In this document: piece after piece, positions 49,661 to 64,000 of the stretch
Layout of the letters: each line of letters begins with the position of its first letter
Numbering within the stretch: the first letter of the stretch is position 1
NCBI GenBank assembly: GCA_964187785.1
Contig: OZ076409.1
Location: forward strand, 21,268,001-21,332,000
Length of the DNA: 64,000 bases
Direction of reading: 5' to 3'
Source of the DNA: Amphiscolops sp. MND2022
Lineage: Eukaryota
The notes under the pieces: model-generated
Databases searched by the model: none
Told to the model about the DNA's origin: nothing
The model's input: only the letters and a program-made list of their open reading frames with translations
Program-made: the position numbers and the translations under genes

Positions 49661-52600
49661 GCTGGAAACTGTATACAAACTAGCTACATTGCAAGTGAAG
49701 GTTCAACGGAGCCCGTGGCACCTTTCATTTGGAGGGTACAGAGTGAAGATATCAACCTGTTCACGTTTCTCCAGATAGATCTCAAAAGACTGCACCAAGT
49801 GACAAAGATAGTCACTATGCTACCAATTGTCACTCATTTATCCATAGGGGGTGATTACGATTTTCTGCAACACCAAATTAGTTTCTCCAAAGTAAGCAGT
49901 TATCTGAAAGTAACTATTTTCTGTCAAAGAAAAGTAATTAAAAGAGATCAATGATTTTCGCTGTTGGAGGGCGATTTTGTTAGTGAGTTCAAGAAAAGAT
50001 AAAAATATCAAAAATAAAAACATTTGATATGAAAATTAGATAATTTATCAATGTTAGCTGCAAGACAATTTTATGGCGGACCCAAAAGGAACTCAAGGTA
50101 TTTGGAGGAGACCGGTTAGCAAATCAATGCTTAGCAACATATGGTTCCATGCAATTACATGCGTGAAAATGAATTTATGAAATAATTGTATGGACCAATG
50201 GATCAATTCTTGTAAAAAATGTATGGAAACTTACTTTGAGTTGGATCTCAAAAACGTCCACACTTCCGCTCTGTTGTAATTTGCTAATAGATCTAGAATC
50301 TTACATGGTGATGCATTTTCCTTTGATTCCTTTAAAGAATCTTGCAAGATGCTTTCATATAATACAGCCCTTACAGGATCCTTGCAAGCAACTCATTCCT
50401 TTCGGAAAGCTCGCAAGAATTTTGCGAGGAGCGTGTTTACTTGAAAGATTCTACAAACTGCTACATTTACCTCCAACATCCTTGCAGGGAATACATTTTG
50501 CTGACCCGGGCAGCCAAGATATCTTTAAATTGTTTGTTTTGGTAGGATGGAATAACGTGGACTGACCGAGAATCCCTAGTTTGTGGGTGGGAGAATCAAG
50601 GAGACACCAGGCGGGAAGTTCGTTTTATACGATTTCATTTTGCAGTTACCCACTCCATTCTCGGAAATGATTTCAATTTTGTTCAACTTGCAGTTGCCAG
50701 TTTTATCCTTTTCGGTCAAGAGATTGATGCCCACGATGACGTAACCAATTTCTACGTCACTCATACCTGTCCCGGATTCCAGGTGGGTCAAAAAAAGGCT
50801 TCCTTTATATTTTTGGAAGAAAGATTCCATAAACCGCCACAAAACTAGTTTTTGAACTAGCATATTTTTGGGCTTGAATCGATCCTAATATATCGTCAAA
50901 GTTTCAATTTTGAACATGCTTTAAAATTTTGATTTTACCGAGATTCTTTCAGTCGGATAGATTGATCAGGCTGAACGATAAATTAATAATATCAGAAAAC
51001 TTCGCAGTTGGAGCCGCAAGTTGACCACAGATCATGATCTTGTAACTCAAATAATAAGTTCTCTTTTAGACGAGGTTAGATATGGATTCCATGGACCCAG
51101 CCTACCAAGAGAGTAACTGCAATCTAGATGTAGTCCAGGTGGAAAAGAAAAAGTTCTTCGCTCGCAAATGGGCTGCGTACACGTTCAAACGCAACGATGT
51201 TGCACAGTGGAACTCATACAATCTCAAAGTTCACCATATTGCACTTTTCAACAAGTGCTCAATTGAACTCTACTTCCAAGTGTTTCAATCTGACTGGAAT
51301 GGATATTACAAAGCGACCTTAACCACGTTTCCTGCTATCTCTGCAAGTGCTCACTTTGAGGTTAGTCATGACTGTAGCCATTATAAACATCATTGATGTA
51401 GTCATAAATCGCTCTCAAATTTTTCTGCTTGAAAATCCAGACGTTCCTGTTTAAACATTTTGCTGTGGAACTGAAATGTCTTATCCTTGGCAAGTAATTT
51501 TCTGCTTACTGAGTGACTTCCATATTGATTATCAATCTTCCGCATTACCAAACCAGAAACAAATATTTCATCTGAAGTACTGTGCTAGATCGAATCTTTT
51601 GAAACAAAATGCCCTCCTCCTCATAAGATTCAGCGATACTTTCCGCTCAGAACTATTTTGGCGACAGCATACATTGTAAGGCTCGAGTGCAGCAGATATA
51701 CAAAGACATCTGTGCAAAAATCTTGAAAACTAAAACTTTAACACTTTTTGGATCATCTGGCTCACTTCATTTAATAACTTTTAGGCGACCTCATACGCCG
51801 TGATTAAAAAGTATACTAAGTTGCTAGCTGTTTTGTCGTTGAACTCTGCAGTTCTTCATCCCGGAGAAATATTCCGAAATTCTATCAAAATGCACGAACG
51901 TGTCAAAAAACTTGAAATTTCATCTTTTTGGGTACTTTGAGTCATAGAAGAATCAGATTTTTTTGAAGTATGCAATTTAGCTAACTATTACGACTCTCAA
52001 CTCAACCTCTTCAAATCCTCAAAAACAAACAAATGTGTACAAGTCAAAAATAGACTATAAAACGAGACGCAAGCCGAGCAGTGGGATATTTTCCACCCCG
52101 AAAAACATTTTTCTAAGACTCGAGCGTGAGAGTTTCCACAACTTTTAATTAAAGCATTCCTTTCTAAAACACTACGTAAAATTTTCCAGCAGAAAGAATA
52201 GGTTATACTCCGGTGTAAAACTTGTCAAGGCATAGAAGGGGATTGTCGAGAGCCCATTGAGTCCGAGAGATACACTGATTGTCGAAACTTGTATAATACC
52301 GCATCACGTGCTTAGCGGCACAAAAAAATCTTGTTTGTTGATTTGTTTTTCCTCACGAGTTGGTAACCAACGACAAGAAAAAAAGAAAGTTTATTTATTC
52401 AGATGCAAAAGTATATATATATACATTGATAGCATCTATAAAGGAGAGAGAGAAAAAGCTTATACAGCTCGTCGAGTCTCTGCCCTGCGCATCATTTATG
52501 CAGCAACCTAATATAAACTTTTCATAATTTGTTATCACGTGTTTTATGCTTTACCTCTGATGAAATATGAAAAGAGAAAAGTATGCTTGAGTAGCGGAAT

Positions 52601-55600
52601 GAAGAAGCAACAAACGTTTCAACAAACAATACAAATGAAAACCAATTTTTTCATGTCCTGACTGCCTCTTATGTTCAAATTACAGATAGTTCTGAGATAG
52701 CGTTTTGTTTGATAATAAGTTAAAGTGGTGAGGTTAGATGGAAGCAGATCCAGACTAGACAACCAATTGTAGCTTTTGCGTAGAGTGTTTTTGAACGATT
52801 TACTTTTCATGACTGCTCAACTGTGAGTTATGGGTAGTCACCTTTTCACAGAACGTCGAGTATCATACAGATCCGATCATCCATTTTATCTCGTAAAGCG
52901 AGCCGAGATTTTGATCCCAAATGAATAAAGATTTCGCGAAAAAATTCAATATTAAACATGTCGTAAATTGTCAGAATTTTCGTTTATTTGTAAGCATCCC
53001 TCATGTTTTCAAACTTTCTTCGAAAGAATACCACGCTCAGCTTGGTCAATACTTTCCAAATTGCCTTTGTGGGCACTCCGAAGAATAAAAAACCATAACT
53101 GATGATACTTTTAGCATAAAATATATAAAAAGCTTTAAGACATTTCTTCAGCTAAATATACCTGACTCTGTACATCAGTCCGCAGAAATTGTCCAATGTT
53201 TTTTGCTACGTAGCTGATAATTTTACAAATATTGAGCTGAGGGTCCAAATGAACCCCTAAGTGTTTGCAGTGAGGTTCATCAGGGATGATGATGATATCA
53301 AGTTTCAACCCTTGAGGTTGGTCGATACCAAACGAAACAGTTTCACATTTTGAAGAATTGATGGACACTTAGTTGCTAGCAAAATAATTTGTCATTTCAT
53401 TTTATCATTTTAAATCGTTCTTGAATTTTGTTTACCGGATTGGATCAAAGAAAAATTTTTCGCAAAAGTTGCGATTTGTTTTTCCGTTGAACAAACAGCA
53501 GGCAGGTCATTGATATAAACTAGAAAAAGGAAAGGTCCCAAGATGGAACCCTTAGCTTCACCAGTGACAACAGGAAATGTTTCAGTAGCTCTTTCATTAT
53601 CAAATACACATTGCCATCTCTGTGTTATGTAGTCACTCATGAGATGGAATATAGGTCCTCTGAAGCCGTATTTGTACAATTGGTCGAGTAAATTGAGAAT
53701 GATCCAAGGAATCAACAGCTTTTCTGAGATCAATGAAACATGTTTGACCCGTAAATTTTCTGCCAATTACATCACGTATGAAGTCGGTTTTTTCGCTTAT
53801 TGCATGAACACACGAATGATTAAACCGAACACCGAACTCTACTGGAATAAAACAGGATCATTCTTGATCGTTTGGAATTGTTTATGAGGATCCCAAAATC
53901 TATTTCTTTTCTCTTTGAATGGGACACTAAATGCGCAAAAATTTATACGTGCATAAGCGACAAAAACTATTACAGGTGTTTCCTTAAGTCGGCTGCTGTT
54001 TAACTGTCCTTCAATTCACTGTCCTACAATAATTTTCAATTGAATACGAAATCAACCTACCAAACGAAAGTGGTTCTGAACACGAAGACAATTTTGGTTC
54101 ACGACACTAAAATGAAACTGACCTTTTCAGTGAACTTTTCAATGACATTTCCAAAAGAAATTTTATAGCAGCATTTCGAACCAAAGTTTGCGATTGGTCA
54201 AAATACTTAAAAGAACTTTCGATATGTCTCATAAGCCTTTCAGAAAATGCTGAGATTTTCTCAACTGTATGGATAATGATACCTACGAAAACTTCCAAAG
54301 AAGATTTAGAAAAAAAACAACAACGAACGTTCAGCTTTCTCTCTTCGGAAAAAAGCCAAAGAGGAATTTATTGTCTTCCTTCCAGAAAAAGTACTGAAAG
54401 TTGTTTTGTTCATCGTTACCTTAGTTGCCATTGGAAACTACGGAATTGCCAAAATTTGGGAACTTTTGAAGTGTTAGCTGTTTTGGGGCATTTTAGAGCT
54501 TTTTTGAATATTAAACAAGGGGTTCATCTACAAATTGTGCCAAAAATATTCTATCCATTATAGAACTTTGTGTATTGCAGTACCCCACCCCCAACGAAAC
54601 ATCCATACGGAACAAACTTTCATCGAAGTGTTGAAAAGTGAAAATAGGTTTCTTGTACTTTTTTGTTCATAGAAAGCTTCTCTCAAACAATATTTTTCTG
54701 GTTTGCTACTGAAAAGTTAACAAAGAATCTGTTTCTACTCACAGACAAAGATGTTCATAAAAATGAAAACACTAGAAAATTATTGAGAAGTAGCGTTAAG
54801 TTAGTCACAATTTCAAAGAGTTTACGATAGCAGGAATATTATTGAAACCTCGAGATGTCAACTTTTTTTAGTAAAATTTTTGTTGTCATACTGAAAAATT
54901 CAGATATTTTATTCGGCAGTGAGTATATGCCGACGACAATTGAACTCTGCGATGGAACGAGCGAGTGGTACTTATGCATTCGTACGCTGACGTCATTGAG
55001 ATGAAGCGAGTGAATGTTCGTAATTATGCTTTGGTACGCTTAGTTATTGAGTTGAAGCGAAGGAGTGTTAATTATTCGTTCGCCGAGAGCTTCGGCTGCA
55101 TTCAAATTCGAATGGGAATGCGAAACTTCGTCTACGCTTAGTAGTTATATTTGCTTGAATAATGATTAAACAGGAGTGTATTGGTACTCCAGATATGATT
55201 CTATTATTAATGAAAGACTGAAGCAGAAACAATAGTATGCCACGGAGGAGCCTATTTTTGAAATAGATCTCTGCATATTTTGAACAAAACGCATGTAATG
55301 CCTCTCCTAAAAAGCATGTTGGATGAATTTTTGTCTCCACGTGGAAATCTATGAATATCCTAACTATTCAAAAGATTCGATAACGTCTCAATTGTCAAAA
55401 GTTTGAATCTTTTGTCTTTCTCGGAGTCATTGCAAGGTTTTTGACCCGTAAACTCCACACTGCCCGTCGGAGAGTTCATGTAGTATTAGAATATCTCTAA
55501 TTATTCAAAAATTGTACACAAACTGACTGGAGTAATTAAAATACGGACTTCCCGCGACAGGACCCACAAAAAGGCGGATTTGTGGATTAATTTAGAGGAA

Positions 55601-58600
55601 TTTTTCACCAGAAAACCGGTTGTTCTTTGTAACAGCGTATGGCTATGTTATTCATAACTGCAGTCTCTGGATGATTCAGTCTTCGGATACGTTCAAACGC
55701 TTTTCAAAAAATGCTAGTTTTTCCTATTGAACATTTGCAGATTCTCTGACCCACGAAAAAGAGCTAAAATTGCATGAAGTTATTGGAAAATTAGGTGTCG
55801 TTTTGGGGTTTGTTTGTATTTCCCATTATGAAATATGGGCCGAAAATAACAATCAATTTAAACATGAAATCAACATTTCCGGTCGGTCGTTTCTTTTACG
55901 CTGGTTACATGACATTTCGCCCTATACATTTTCAACCTATGCAATTTCAACCGTTGCCATTTCAACCGCTCACAATTTCAACCTATTGCATTTTCAACCG
56001 TCCGCAATGTCGACCTAAACTAATTTGGCTAATGGATCCTAATTAGTTACATAATTATTTTGGTGGTTTTATCTCTCATACATTTTTAAATTCAAACATG
56101 CTAATTCTAACGCCAGATTTGATACGTTTTGACTTCCTTCACGAATAATTACCAATATTTAAGGCTGTTTGAATCATTCGTAATTATTGTACTGAATTAA
56201 AACTAAATAGCCAAAATTAGTTTAGGTCGCAATTGCGGTCGGTTGATATGGTAACGGTTGAAATTGCATAGGTTGAAATTGCATTGGATGAAATGTCCTG
56301 ACACCTTTACGCTTACGCACGTTTTTATTTTTCATACATATTCACTTGTATGACTTCAATTGTAGAAATTCTAATTTTTAGGTTTGGAACATGGCAAAAC
56401 CAAGAAACACCGCGACTGAGATTTTTTTTCCCATGCGAAACATGGGCGGAAAATGATTGCTTTTGTATGCTCTCCTTCTCAGTTAATATCTTTATCAAAT
56501 CAATCCTTCTTAAAATTGAAATTGAAGGGTTCTGATTTAGTTTTTACTCATTTTGCCCTAATATTTTCACTAATTTCTCATAAAATTCGGCCGTGGTGGG
56601 GGACAGGAAAAAACCTTTCATGGTGAAACACTCTGGATAATTCTGTTCAGGTGATCGACGATGGAATGGATTCAGGAGAATACTTCATCGCTTCCAAAAT
56701 TGGCAATGTGTTCGTCTCGGCTATTTCTTATTCCAGAGACCCTGACATGAGTCTTTTATCCCAAGTTGCAGATATGAAAGATGCTTGTGATAAAGAAAGA
56801 AAAGCCTTTTTGTTGAAATCCGAGGATATAGATTACTTCCAAATGGGTGATACAAACCCACTAATTCAATCTGTTATTTACTTATACAAAAACGCTTGGT
56901 TCCAAAGAGATATCTCGGATGAAATTTATGGCACTGTTTACCACAATGACAATCCAAGGTGCATTTCTGTCAATTCAAAAACAAACTTCATCGAAAACAA
57001 CCTTTGTCCTGAAAATGTGACCTTGACTGGTCTTCTGTGCTATGCCACCGAAGGTCAAATATTGGAGCTGAAACTGGAAGCGATTAGTTGCATCGATACG
57101 GACCCGACTAACAGAATGATTTCGATAGAATATAGACTGCAAGCAAATATTGTTGGATGTCTGAACAACCGAATCGTAACGTGTATGGCGGTGTACCAAA
57201 ACGGAAAAGACGTTCCAGGAACTATGAGTAGTCATGTTTTGACATGCAAAAACAATGTGACATTCGATGTTATTTTAAAAGCTGAAGATCCATATGCCTT
57301 TTTGATGTGCACAGGAATGAAATATTTCGAAACTGCTCTTTCACCAAACATAACTGTTGTGGAATATTTGCCAAATATGGAACCTACGCTGAGGGTACAT
57401 AACAGTACTGTTGCAGGGACCTCGAACAATAAAATTTATCTGGACCAATCAGATTACTCTAGCCCTTTCGATGTTATTTTAGTGTCAGAAGGATTTCCCG
57501 CTCCTGAGATAGAATACAGTTTTGAGAAAATGTTCGAAAACCCGCTACAAAACCAAACTACAGAGGAGTTATCTGATAAGCAAGCTTTTTGTTTTTCCTC
57601 CCAGCAATTTCCAATCGCTGTGAATATAGTCAACAGAGTTAAACTGACATTCGACCCTCTTGAGCCTAAACATTCGGGGAAATATCATGTTTTCATTCGA
57701 CCCGCATTCAATGGAAGCTCCATACCCCCACCCACTTTCTTTGAATTGGTTCACCCCTTCAGCATACAGTGCTCACCCACTTGTCCTAATAAGGTATATT
57801 TGGGACCTCACTTCAAAGTTCAATGCGCGGTTAATCATCATCTAATAACAAGAAATGACCTTTTTGACACCAATGACCAAATGCCCCTGAACATAACAAT
57901 CTCTCGTAAAGTGACCTTTTTGACTGGAAAAGCACTCTCCGCTTTATCAGATGAAATAAATCCATTAGAATTCAACACCGCTTTGGGGTCTCGGTTAGCA
58001 AAACAGAAACTGCGAGATGAATCATTCAAAGTAGATTCCGAGAATCGGAATCTATCATTTGATTTTGTAATCTACTCTGTCCAAATTTGGAACAGTGGTC
58101 GATACGCGATACAAGTTGTACCAGCTGATGAGATTCACTGTTTCTACCAATCGCCTTACGAAAACTGCTTACATGCGCCCTCTAGCGGAGACTCTCTTTG
58201 TGACGAGTCAACGACAGCCAATGAAATTCAAGTTCTAGTAAACCCAGATGACAAGGGTTTTGCGGAGATTGAAGCGGATTCTTGCGGGCCTTACACTCGA
58301 GCACTGTTTTTCCAGAATGTAACCAATCAGAACGGAGATCAAAATGACTTTGCGTTCTATTACAACTTGTGCCCGCGACCTTCTCCGGAGTATAAACCTG
58401 AAAAAGTGTGCAGTAAAAATGGAGGAGAGTTCCAACTACATGAAACTGACTTTATAACCACATTCATGTCAAGCACTTCCAATATACCAGACAAATACAC
58501 ACTTGAATACCTCTGGATGGCCTTGTTTCATAACGTAAATGTGTCTTTAAGTCAAGTAAAAACGACTGGAAATTTAAGTTTTCCCAAGGTTTACACCTTC

Positions 58601-61600
58601 TACAAAGGAGAGCCAGGTATGCTACAGCTTTCATTTTTAAAAATGGACTATCCTGAAACAGAAACAAACCTTGTTCTTTGCAAATACAGACGTGGAAAAG
58701 CATGGAATATGGCAAATGATGGTGGAAATTGTACGTACCAAGTAATTGATCCTCACGTTGGCACGAGACAACAAGTTCGTCTTTCAATCCACGGGCAGCT
58801 GCCAATTAACGCCAAATGCTCCAGTATTCCTGCTGGACTTTTCCCAGCTACGGAATTTTTTGGTGTTTCCGAGGATACAGGGATCCTGTACGCACTGCCC
58901 TTTCCCAATAACTTAGCTGTCGGGTCCTTCTTCTGCTGTCAAATATACCCTTCGCAAATGATCGGAGAAGAAAATGATTCAGATTGCTTTCATTTCAATT
59001 TGACAGCCCAGTTTAAAGACATCAACGTTCAACCGGTTCCCAAGAGCAATTCCCTTTGGTGCAAAGATTCGGAAAACGAAACATTCTCGTCTCAACCTTG
59101 TTATCATACTAAAGTCGAAGTTGAATGTTGTTTCGTGGCGAACCCGATCCTTCATTGCAATTGGTCAATTTCATTAGGAAGACACAGTCACATCGTTAAT
59201 GGAGAAGATGGAATTTCATGGACATTAAGAAGCACCGAAAACCCTCGGTGTATGAACCCCGAATATTGTTCAGTCTTGACCTTTGACCCGCTGCTAGAGG
59301 AACACCAGGGGCTGTACCACTGTAGCTGCTTTAACGGTTTGGAAACAATGAAAATGCCGGAACAGCTTTTGCGAGAACCAGGCAAAACATACTCTCAGAA
59401 TATCAAAATTGCAAGTCGCCAGTCGCAACCAGCAACCACAAGGGAAAAGTCCGTTTCTCTGGAACTTGTATGCGCGGAAACCCGAAAGTTTTCAGCCGTG
59501 GTTAAAGTCAGCGGGCTGCCGGTGACTGCTGATGTCTTTTGTAGAAGCGATGAAGAAGCTAGGTACACGAAGTGGCCCCAAAACAAAGTGAACGTCGTTC
59601 GTCAAGTCGAAAAATCAGACGAGGTCATTCACGTCGACCTAACAGGTGTCACTAGAAGGTACGACTGCTTCATACAATACACGAACGATTTAGCCGAAAA
59701 CCCTCTAAGAGTACGACTCCCATTGCAACATATGTATGTTACGGGCGAAATGAACTTCCGACAAGATAACTCTTCTGAAAACTTCAGATCCGAGCCTGTC
59801 AAAGTTTGCTGCGATGTGTGTGCATTCCACTTAGACCTGCCCAGATACCTTCGTATCAAATGTTTCTTGGTTGAAACTTCAGAAGAAGTTCCTCTCCAAG
59901 AGAATATGCTGTTCACGTTCAATATCGAGGGTAACAATGCTTCAAAGTGTGTACAACTTGTTGACATTCAGTGGAAAACGTTTGAATGCAGTTGCACAGC
60001 GGCCGGAAATTACGAAAAAAGTTTGGTTTTTTACGCAAATGGAGAAGTAGAAGAGTTTAGAAGAACGGCATCGCCTAGAACAGGAATCACACAAAAAGTA
60101 CCTGACAGCGTAATTGAAAAAGCTGCAACAACCTCAAACCCAAAGAGCGTTGAAGTCGAAACTACGACCTATTGGAAAACACAAAGTGCTATACTTGCTG
60201 AAATATTAACCAAAGCTGCTCCTGGTAAACGAGAAGGTCGCGATAAGACGAAACCTTTGACCTTCACAGAAATGCATGATTACATGACGAGATTGGAGCA
60301 TGTTGTAAGTGGCATGGAAACCCTTTCAGATAGGGATGCTGACATAGCTTTGAGTTTTATGGATGAAATCAAAGGTGCTAATCTGACCTTCGATAACAAC
60401 GAAGATGATACCCAAAAAATTCGTGAATGGGATAAAAAGAAAGCATACCATGACACTCTGGAAGCTTTCTGTTCGCAAATCTATAACGTAACTAACAAAA
60501 TCATGCAACGAAACAAAATCTTGCGAGGAAATGAAGAAAAATTGGCGGAGATTGTTAGCAAGATACAAAGCACTTATCTTCACGTTGCCAGTCAGTTAGA
60601 CACAGATGTAACGAACAACCTTACATTCGAGTTTGCTGGTGGAAATTCTAACGTCTTCCTCATGAAAATTCCAGAAGACGGCGAAAATCTGAAAGAGGCA
60701 CTGAGTTTGGATGTTATTGATCACAATGGTGTGACTCAAGGAGTCATTCAAAGTAAGTTGCCATGTTGCTTGCCAGCAGCGGTGGCACGTTTAACAATCC
60801 AGTCGAAATCTGTTAGTCATTTACGAATCCACGCTTAAAAGTCTTCCGAAGAATAAGCCCCCATCTTTTAGCCTTGTTAACTATCCACCCCATAAAAAAC
60901 TTGTAAATCCATAAATAAATCCACACACTGCTTGGAAGCCGACGCTGTAATTGATTAGGAATTTTAATATCATAAATTTTTTCAACATCATTCTACTGTT
61001 TTTCAAATTTTCAATTTTCAGGGGTTTTTATCCCGGAGCAGGTAGCAAGAAATTTATCCAAAGGATCAAGCCTAGCAATCACAATTTTTGACTCCGACTC
61101 TGGAAACTCCGAGAAGGTTAAAGACTTCATTACAAAGGAAGATTCCTCTGAAGCTTCACAGAAGAAAGAGAAAACAGTTACGGAAGAAGTGAACGTGCAA
61201 TTAGCTCGAATGACTGATATGATCGTTGTCTCCATTCAAGATGCGAAAGGCAACAAAAAGTCTGTAGCTGTGGACTATCATCTCACTTTGTACAAGTCAG
61301 ATGAAAAATCGTGGCAGAAAGGTTGAACTTTAATGAACTTTAGTTACTGAAATTAGGGTATTTTCGATATATTGTACAGTTGAGTTAAAACTATTCGTCG
61401 AATTCTTTCAAAATTACATATTAAGTTTCATTTGCTCTATGGGTCTAATTGAATATTTATTTCCAGTGGCTTCGTCATCATTTCTCGTCCAAAAAATATT
61501 TCAGTAAAAGCAGGCAGAAATAGATAAACTTTTCCTCTCAAAGTACATACCTTACTTACTGCACCCGATAATTCTAATGAAATAATATGATGTTGAGAAT

Positions 61601-64000
61601 CCTATTTCAGACGGAGTATTGATCGAAGTTGAACATTTGTGTGTCTATTACAATGAAGACGAAGGACAATTCACAACACAGGGGTTGCACTTGAAATTCT
61701 CAACTGCTGCCAATGTAGTCTGCGAGTCCAGTCACACAACTCTCTTCACTGTTCTCGCCAGAGTCACTTCCGTCAAAACGGACACAACGCAAAAAGTAAA
61801 CATGCATGACACACATAAAATTTTCACATGGAAAACATTTTTCGACAAAAAAACAAGTGAAAAAAGGAGCCCTTTCGATATGAAATTCGTTCAGTTCTGT
61901 AAAGATTTTCAAACTAAAATTCGATTACCAGAAAACTCAACACAAGAAAATCCAACACAGGAATCTCAACACAAGAAAATTCAACACAGAAAAATCAACA
62001 TACAGCCTTGTGCATATTAGTTCGATCACTCTGTCAAATTAGCTTTTGGCTTCAATAAAAACGGATTTGAGACAAAATTTATATTTAAACAGAAAATAAA
62101 ACAAACTACAGGAATCAAGGATTGGCTCAGTATCCTATAGGGTATCCACGAGCTTGCAAAACACTCTTTACTCGTCTTGGAAGAGATTCAAACAGTTTTT
62201 GAATAAAACTGTCCGGAATTTCATAAAATTCAATTCCTTCTCAGTTTTTTCCCACAAATCATCCAGTGTTGCACATTGATACCGCTCCAGGCGTTGTTTA
62301 AGAACTCCCCAGCAGTTTTCAAAAAAGTTGAGGTCTGGTGACCTAGCGGGCCAGTCCGGGGCTACCGCAACGCCAAATTTTTGACTTCATTAGACTTATG
62401 GCATGGAGCTTTCTCCTGCTGTAGAACTTGGTCATCCTGCATTAAGGGAAGAATATATGATTTCAGTATGTCAATATAACTACTGGAAGACCAGATGGCG
62501 CCAAAAACCATAACTTTCTTCGAACCTCCAGGCGTTTTTGTCGAAAGATATTTTGTCTTGTATCTTTCCTGTGCCCCAGCTGGACGCCTGACAAACTGTA
62601 TGTGTCTTCCGGATAGTTGTATGCAACTCTCGTCGGAAAAAATAAGTTTGTCCCAATCTTGAGCCGAATTATTTTTCACAGATCGGCACCATTCAAATCT
62701 TGCTTTTGCGTGAAATTTGAATAAAAGTGATTTTCGCGCTGCTTTTAGTCCGTTGAGTCCTTGTTTTATCAAAAAACAGCGGACAGTTGAATGATGCACC
62801 TTGTGTCCATCTGTCCAGTCTCTTTGTAGCTGTTTTGATGTTAATTTTGGGCAAAATCGGGCAAGTCTTACGAGAAACGATCGCGATTTTTGGCTTGTTT
62901 TGGGCGTCCTCCCTGGTCTCCGCAAAGGCGACAGCGTTCCTACCATTCGATAATGCGAAATAATATTGGAAAGTGTTGCTTGTGGTACTAATAGCATTTT
63001 CGAAAATTGCCGTTGGCTATATTTTTCCCGCGTTTTTTGAAAGATCAATTTTCTGACACATTCAGACACTGTTTTGCCTGGCAATATTGCTTTGCTAACC
63101 GCACAGAAATTCAAACTGACAACTTGGTGGAAAGCAACAGTGTATGTGTTGTTAAAATACAAGGAAGTTAAATGTTCGGCGTGAAATCAAAACGTGAAAA
63201 AATTAAATTAAACAGTGTGTGAAAATAGACAAATGATCGAACTATTATCCACAAGGCTGTATTTGCATCCAAATTTTCAGTGAATTCTCGTATAACTCAT
63301 TCGTCATATATAATATATCATTAAATGAGGCATTGTATAACCAAGTGTGAACAACAGTTAACTGAATGTAACAAATTAGTTAATGGAATGAGGCATACTG
63401 AGTAGTTTTCAGTTTTGAACTGAAGTTATTACGAAGTGCGAGAGTATTTTGAACTTTCTTGTATTGAGTTTTCCGTGATTGCGAGAGTATTTTGAACTTT
63501 CTTGTGTTGAGTTTTCCGGACCCCCTAAAATTCGAATGAAACTCAATAGGACGAAACTCGATATATAAAATCAAGTTTTTGAAAATTTTCTATTGAAGAT
63601 TCGGATAAATTTTTTGAATCAGTCTTTTAAAATTGCAAATGGTGTACTGTCGGTGAGATATAAGGAGTTATAGAAAACAACTTGGTACCACTTGTATATA
63701 AACTTCCAAAACTTACGTCTTTTTTCCAAAAGACCAACGGCTTTGAATGGTGTAAGACACGTCTATGCAAGATGACATGAGAGTTGGGTTGTTATCAGGA
63801 GTCAGCGCATTGGGTGACAGACTGGGGTCTGATAGTGGCCAGTGTGACACTGTTTGTGACCTTCGCCTCCCTCCTGTACCTCATGGAGTTCCTTGACCCC
63901 ACAGAGGTCACTCTGCACTTGCAGCTACTCCTCACCCTCGTCTTCTCCGTCTGCTGTTACCACCTCAGCAAGCTCAAGGTCACCTTGATACTCATTGCCA
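49661..64000 (+). CDS. Adhesion GPCR: discoidin (F5/8C) + Ig-like repeats + GAIN/GPS + 7TM; runs off the window end
   Basis: Phase-compatible exons 49661-49891 (FLQIDLKRLHQVTKIVT), 50546-50782 (DGITW..RFIRF), 51070-51360, 56651-60752 (Ig motifs HSGKY, NSGRY, HQGLYHC), 61022-61321, 61611-61795 (CVYY..FTTQG..CESSHTTLF) and 63799 onward (TM1 VTDWGLIVASVTLFVTF; TM2 LHLQLLLTL). Confidence 0.85.
52620..53860 (-). pseudogene. Decayed CR1/L2/Jockey-like RT fragment in a GPCR intron
   Basis: LLDQLYKYGFRG, GSILGPFLFLVYINDLP and KHLGVHLD. Confidence 0.8.
55903..56305. mobile_element. GG..CC-terminal MITE
   Basis: Inverted ATTTCAACC subrepeats; 8-bp TSD TTTACGCT at 55895-55902 and 56306-56313. Confidence 0.8.
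62003..63259 (-). mobile_element. Tc1 transposon, frameshifted, in the intron between GPS and TM1
   Basis: TA-CAGCCTTGTG..TAGTTCGATCA TIRs; FSDES, QQEKAPCH and WPARSPDLN motifs. Confidence 0.92.

Noticed and set aside
33004..50510. One CCC-terminal element extending to 50510
   Set aside because: A better-matching end exists at 49524, and a GPCR exon lies between the two positions.
56651..60752. V(D)J-like link between the RAG1-like gene and the multi-Ig receptor
   Set aside because: The Ig domains lie in one continuous exon with no heptamer-spacer-nonamer signals seen, and the genes are more than 40 kb apart across a gap.

Overview
AT-rich, intron-containing eukaryotic (animal-like) DNA made mostly of nested mobile elements, plus one host gene. 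(1) Bases ~1-14.7 kb look like the right part of one large DNA element. It carries a decayed, spliced RAG1/Transib-like DDE transposase fused in frame to a BRCT domain, a spliced zinc-finger/JmjC (KDM2/KDM7-like) gene, a 66-aa RING gene, a small ORF with two RVxF motifs and a captured spectrin-repeat fragment. About 14 copies of a 20-bp motif (TTTTGRTCCCTGTYGTGAGC) and several long near-perfect palindromes are spread through it. (2) 14.7-21 kb holds a Tc1 remnant and a 2.85-kb tandem duplication of repeat fragments. (3) 21.2-25.0 kb is a full-length RTE-type LINE with a 13-bp TSD, an HDV-like ribozyme at its exact 5' end and a 2A-like DIESNPGP motif; it is inserted in a Helentron-type non-autonomous element whose empty copy lies at 28.8 kb. 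(4) 33-49.5 kb is a nest of MITE > hAT > (Gypsy + IS630/Tc1). The Gypsy element has 3.1-kb LTRs and a TARG1/OARD1-like macrodomain between RNase H and integrase. (5) 49.6-64 kb is a multi-exon adhesion GPCR (discoidin, Ig-like repeats, GAIN/GPS, start of 7TM) with TEs in its introns. All family assignments come from motif recognition by eye; no database searches were run.
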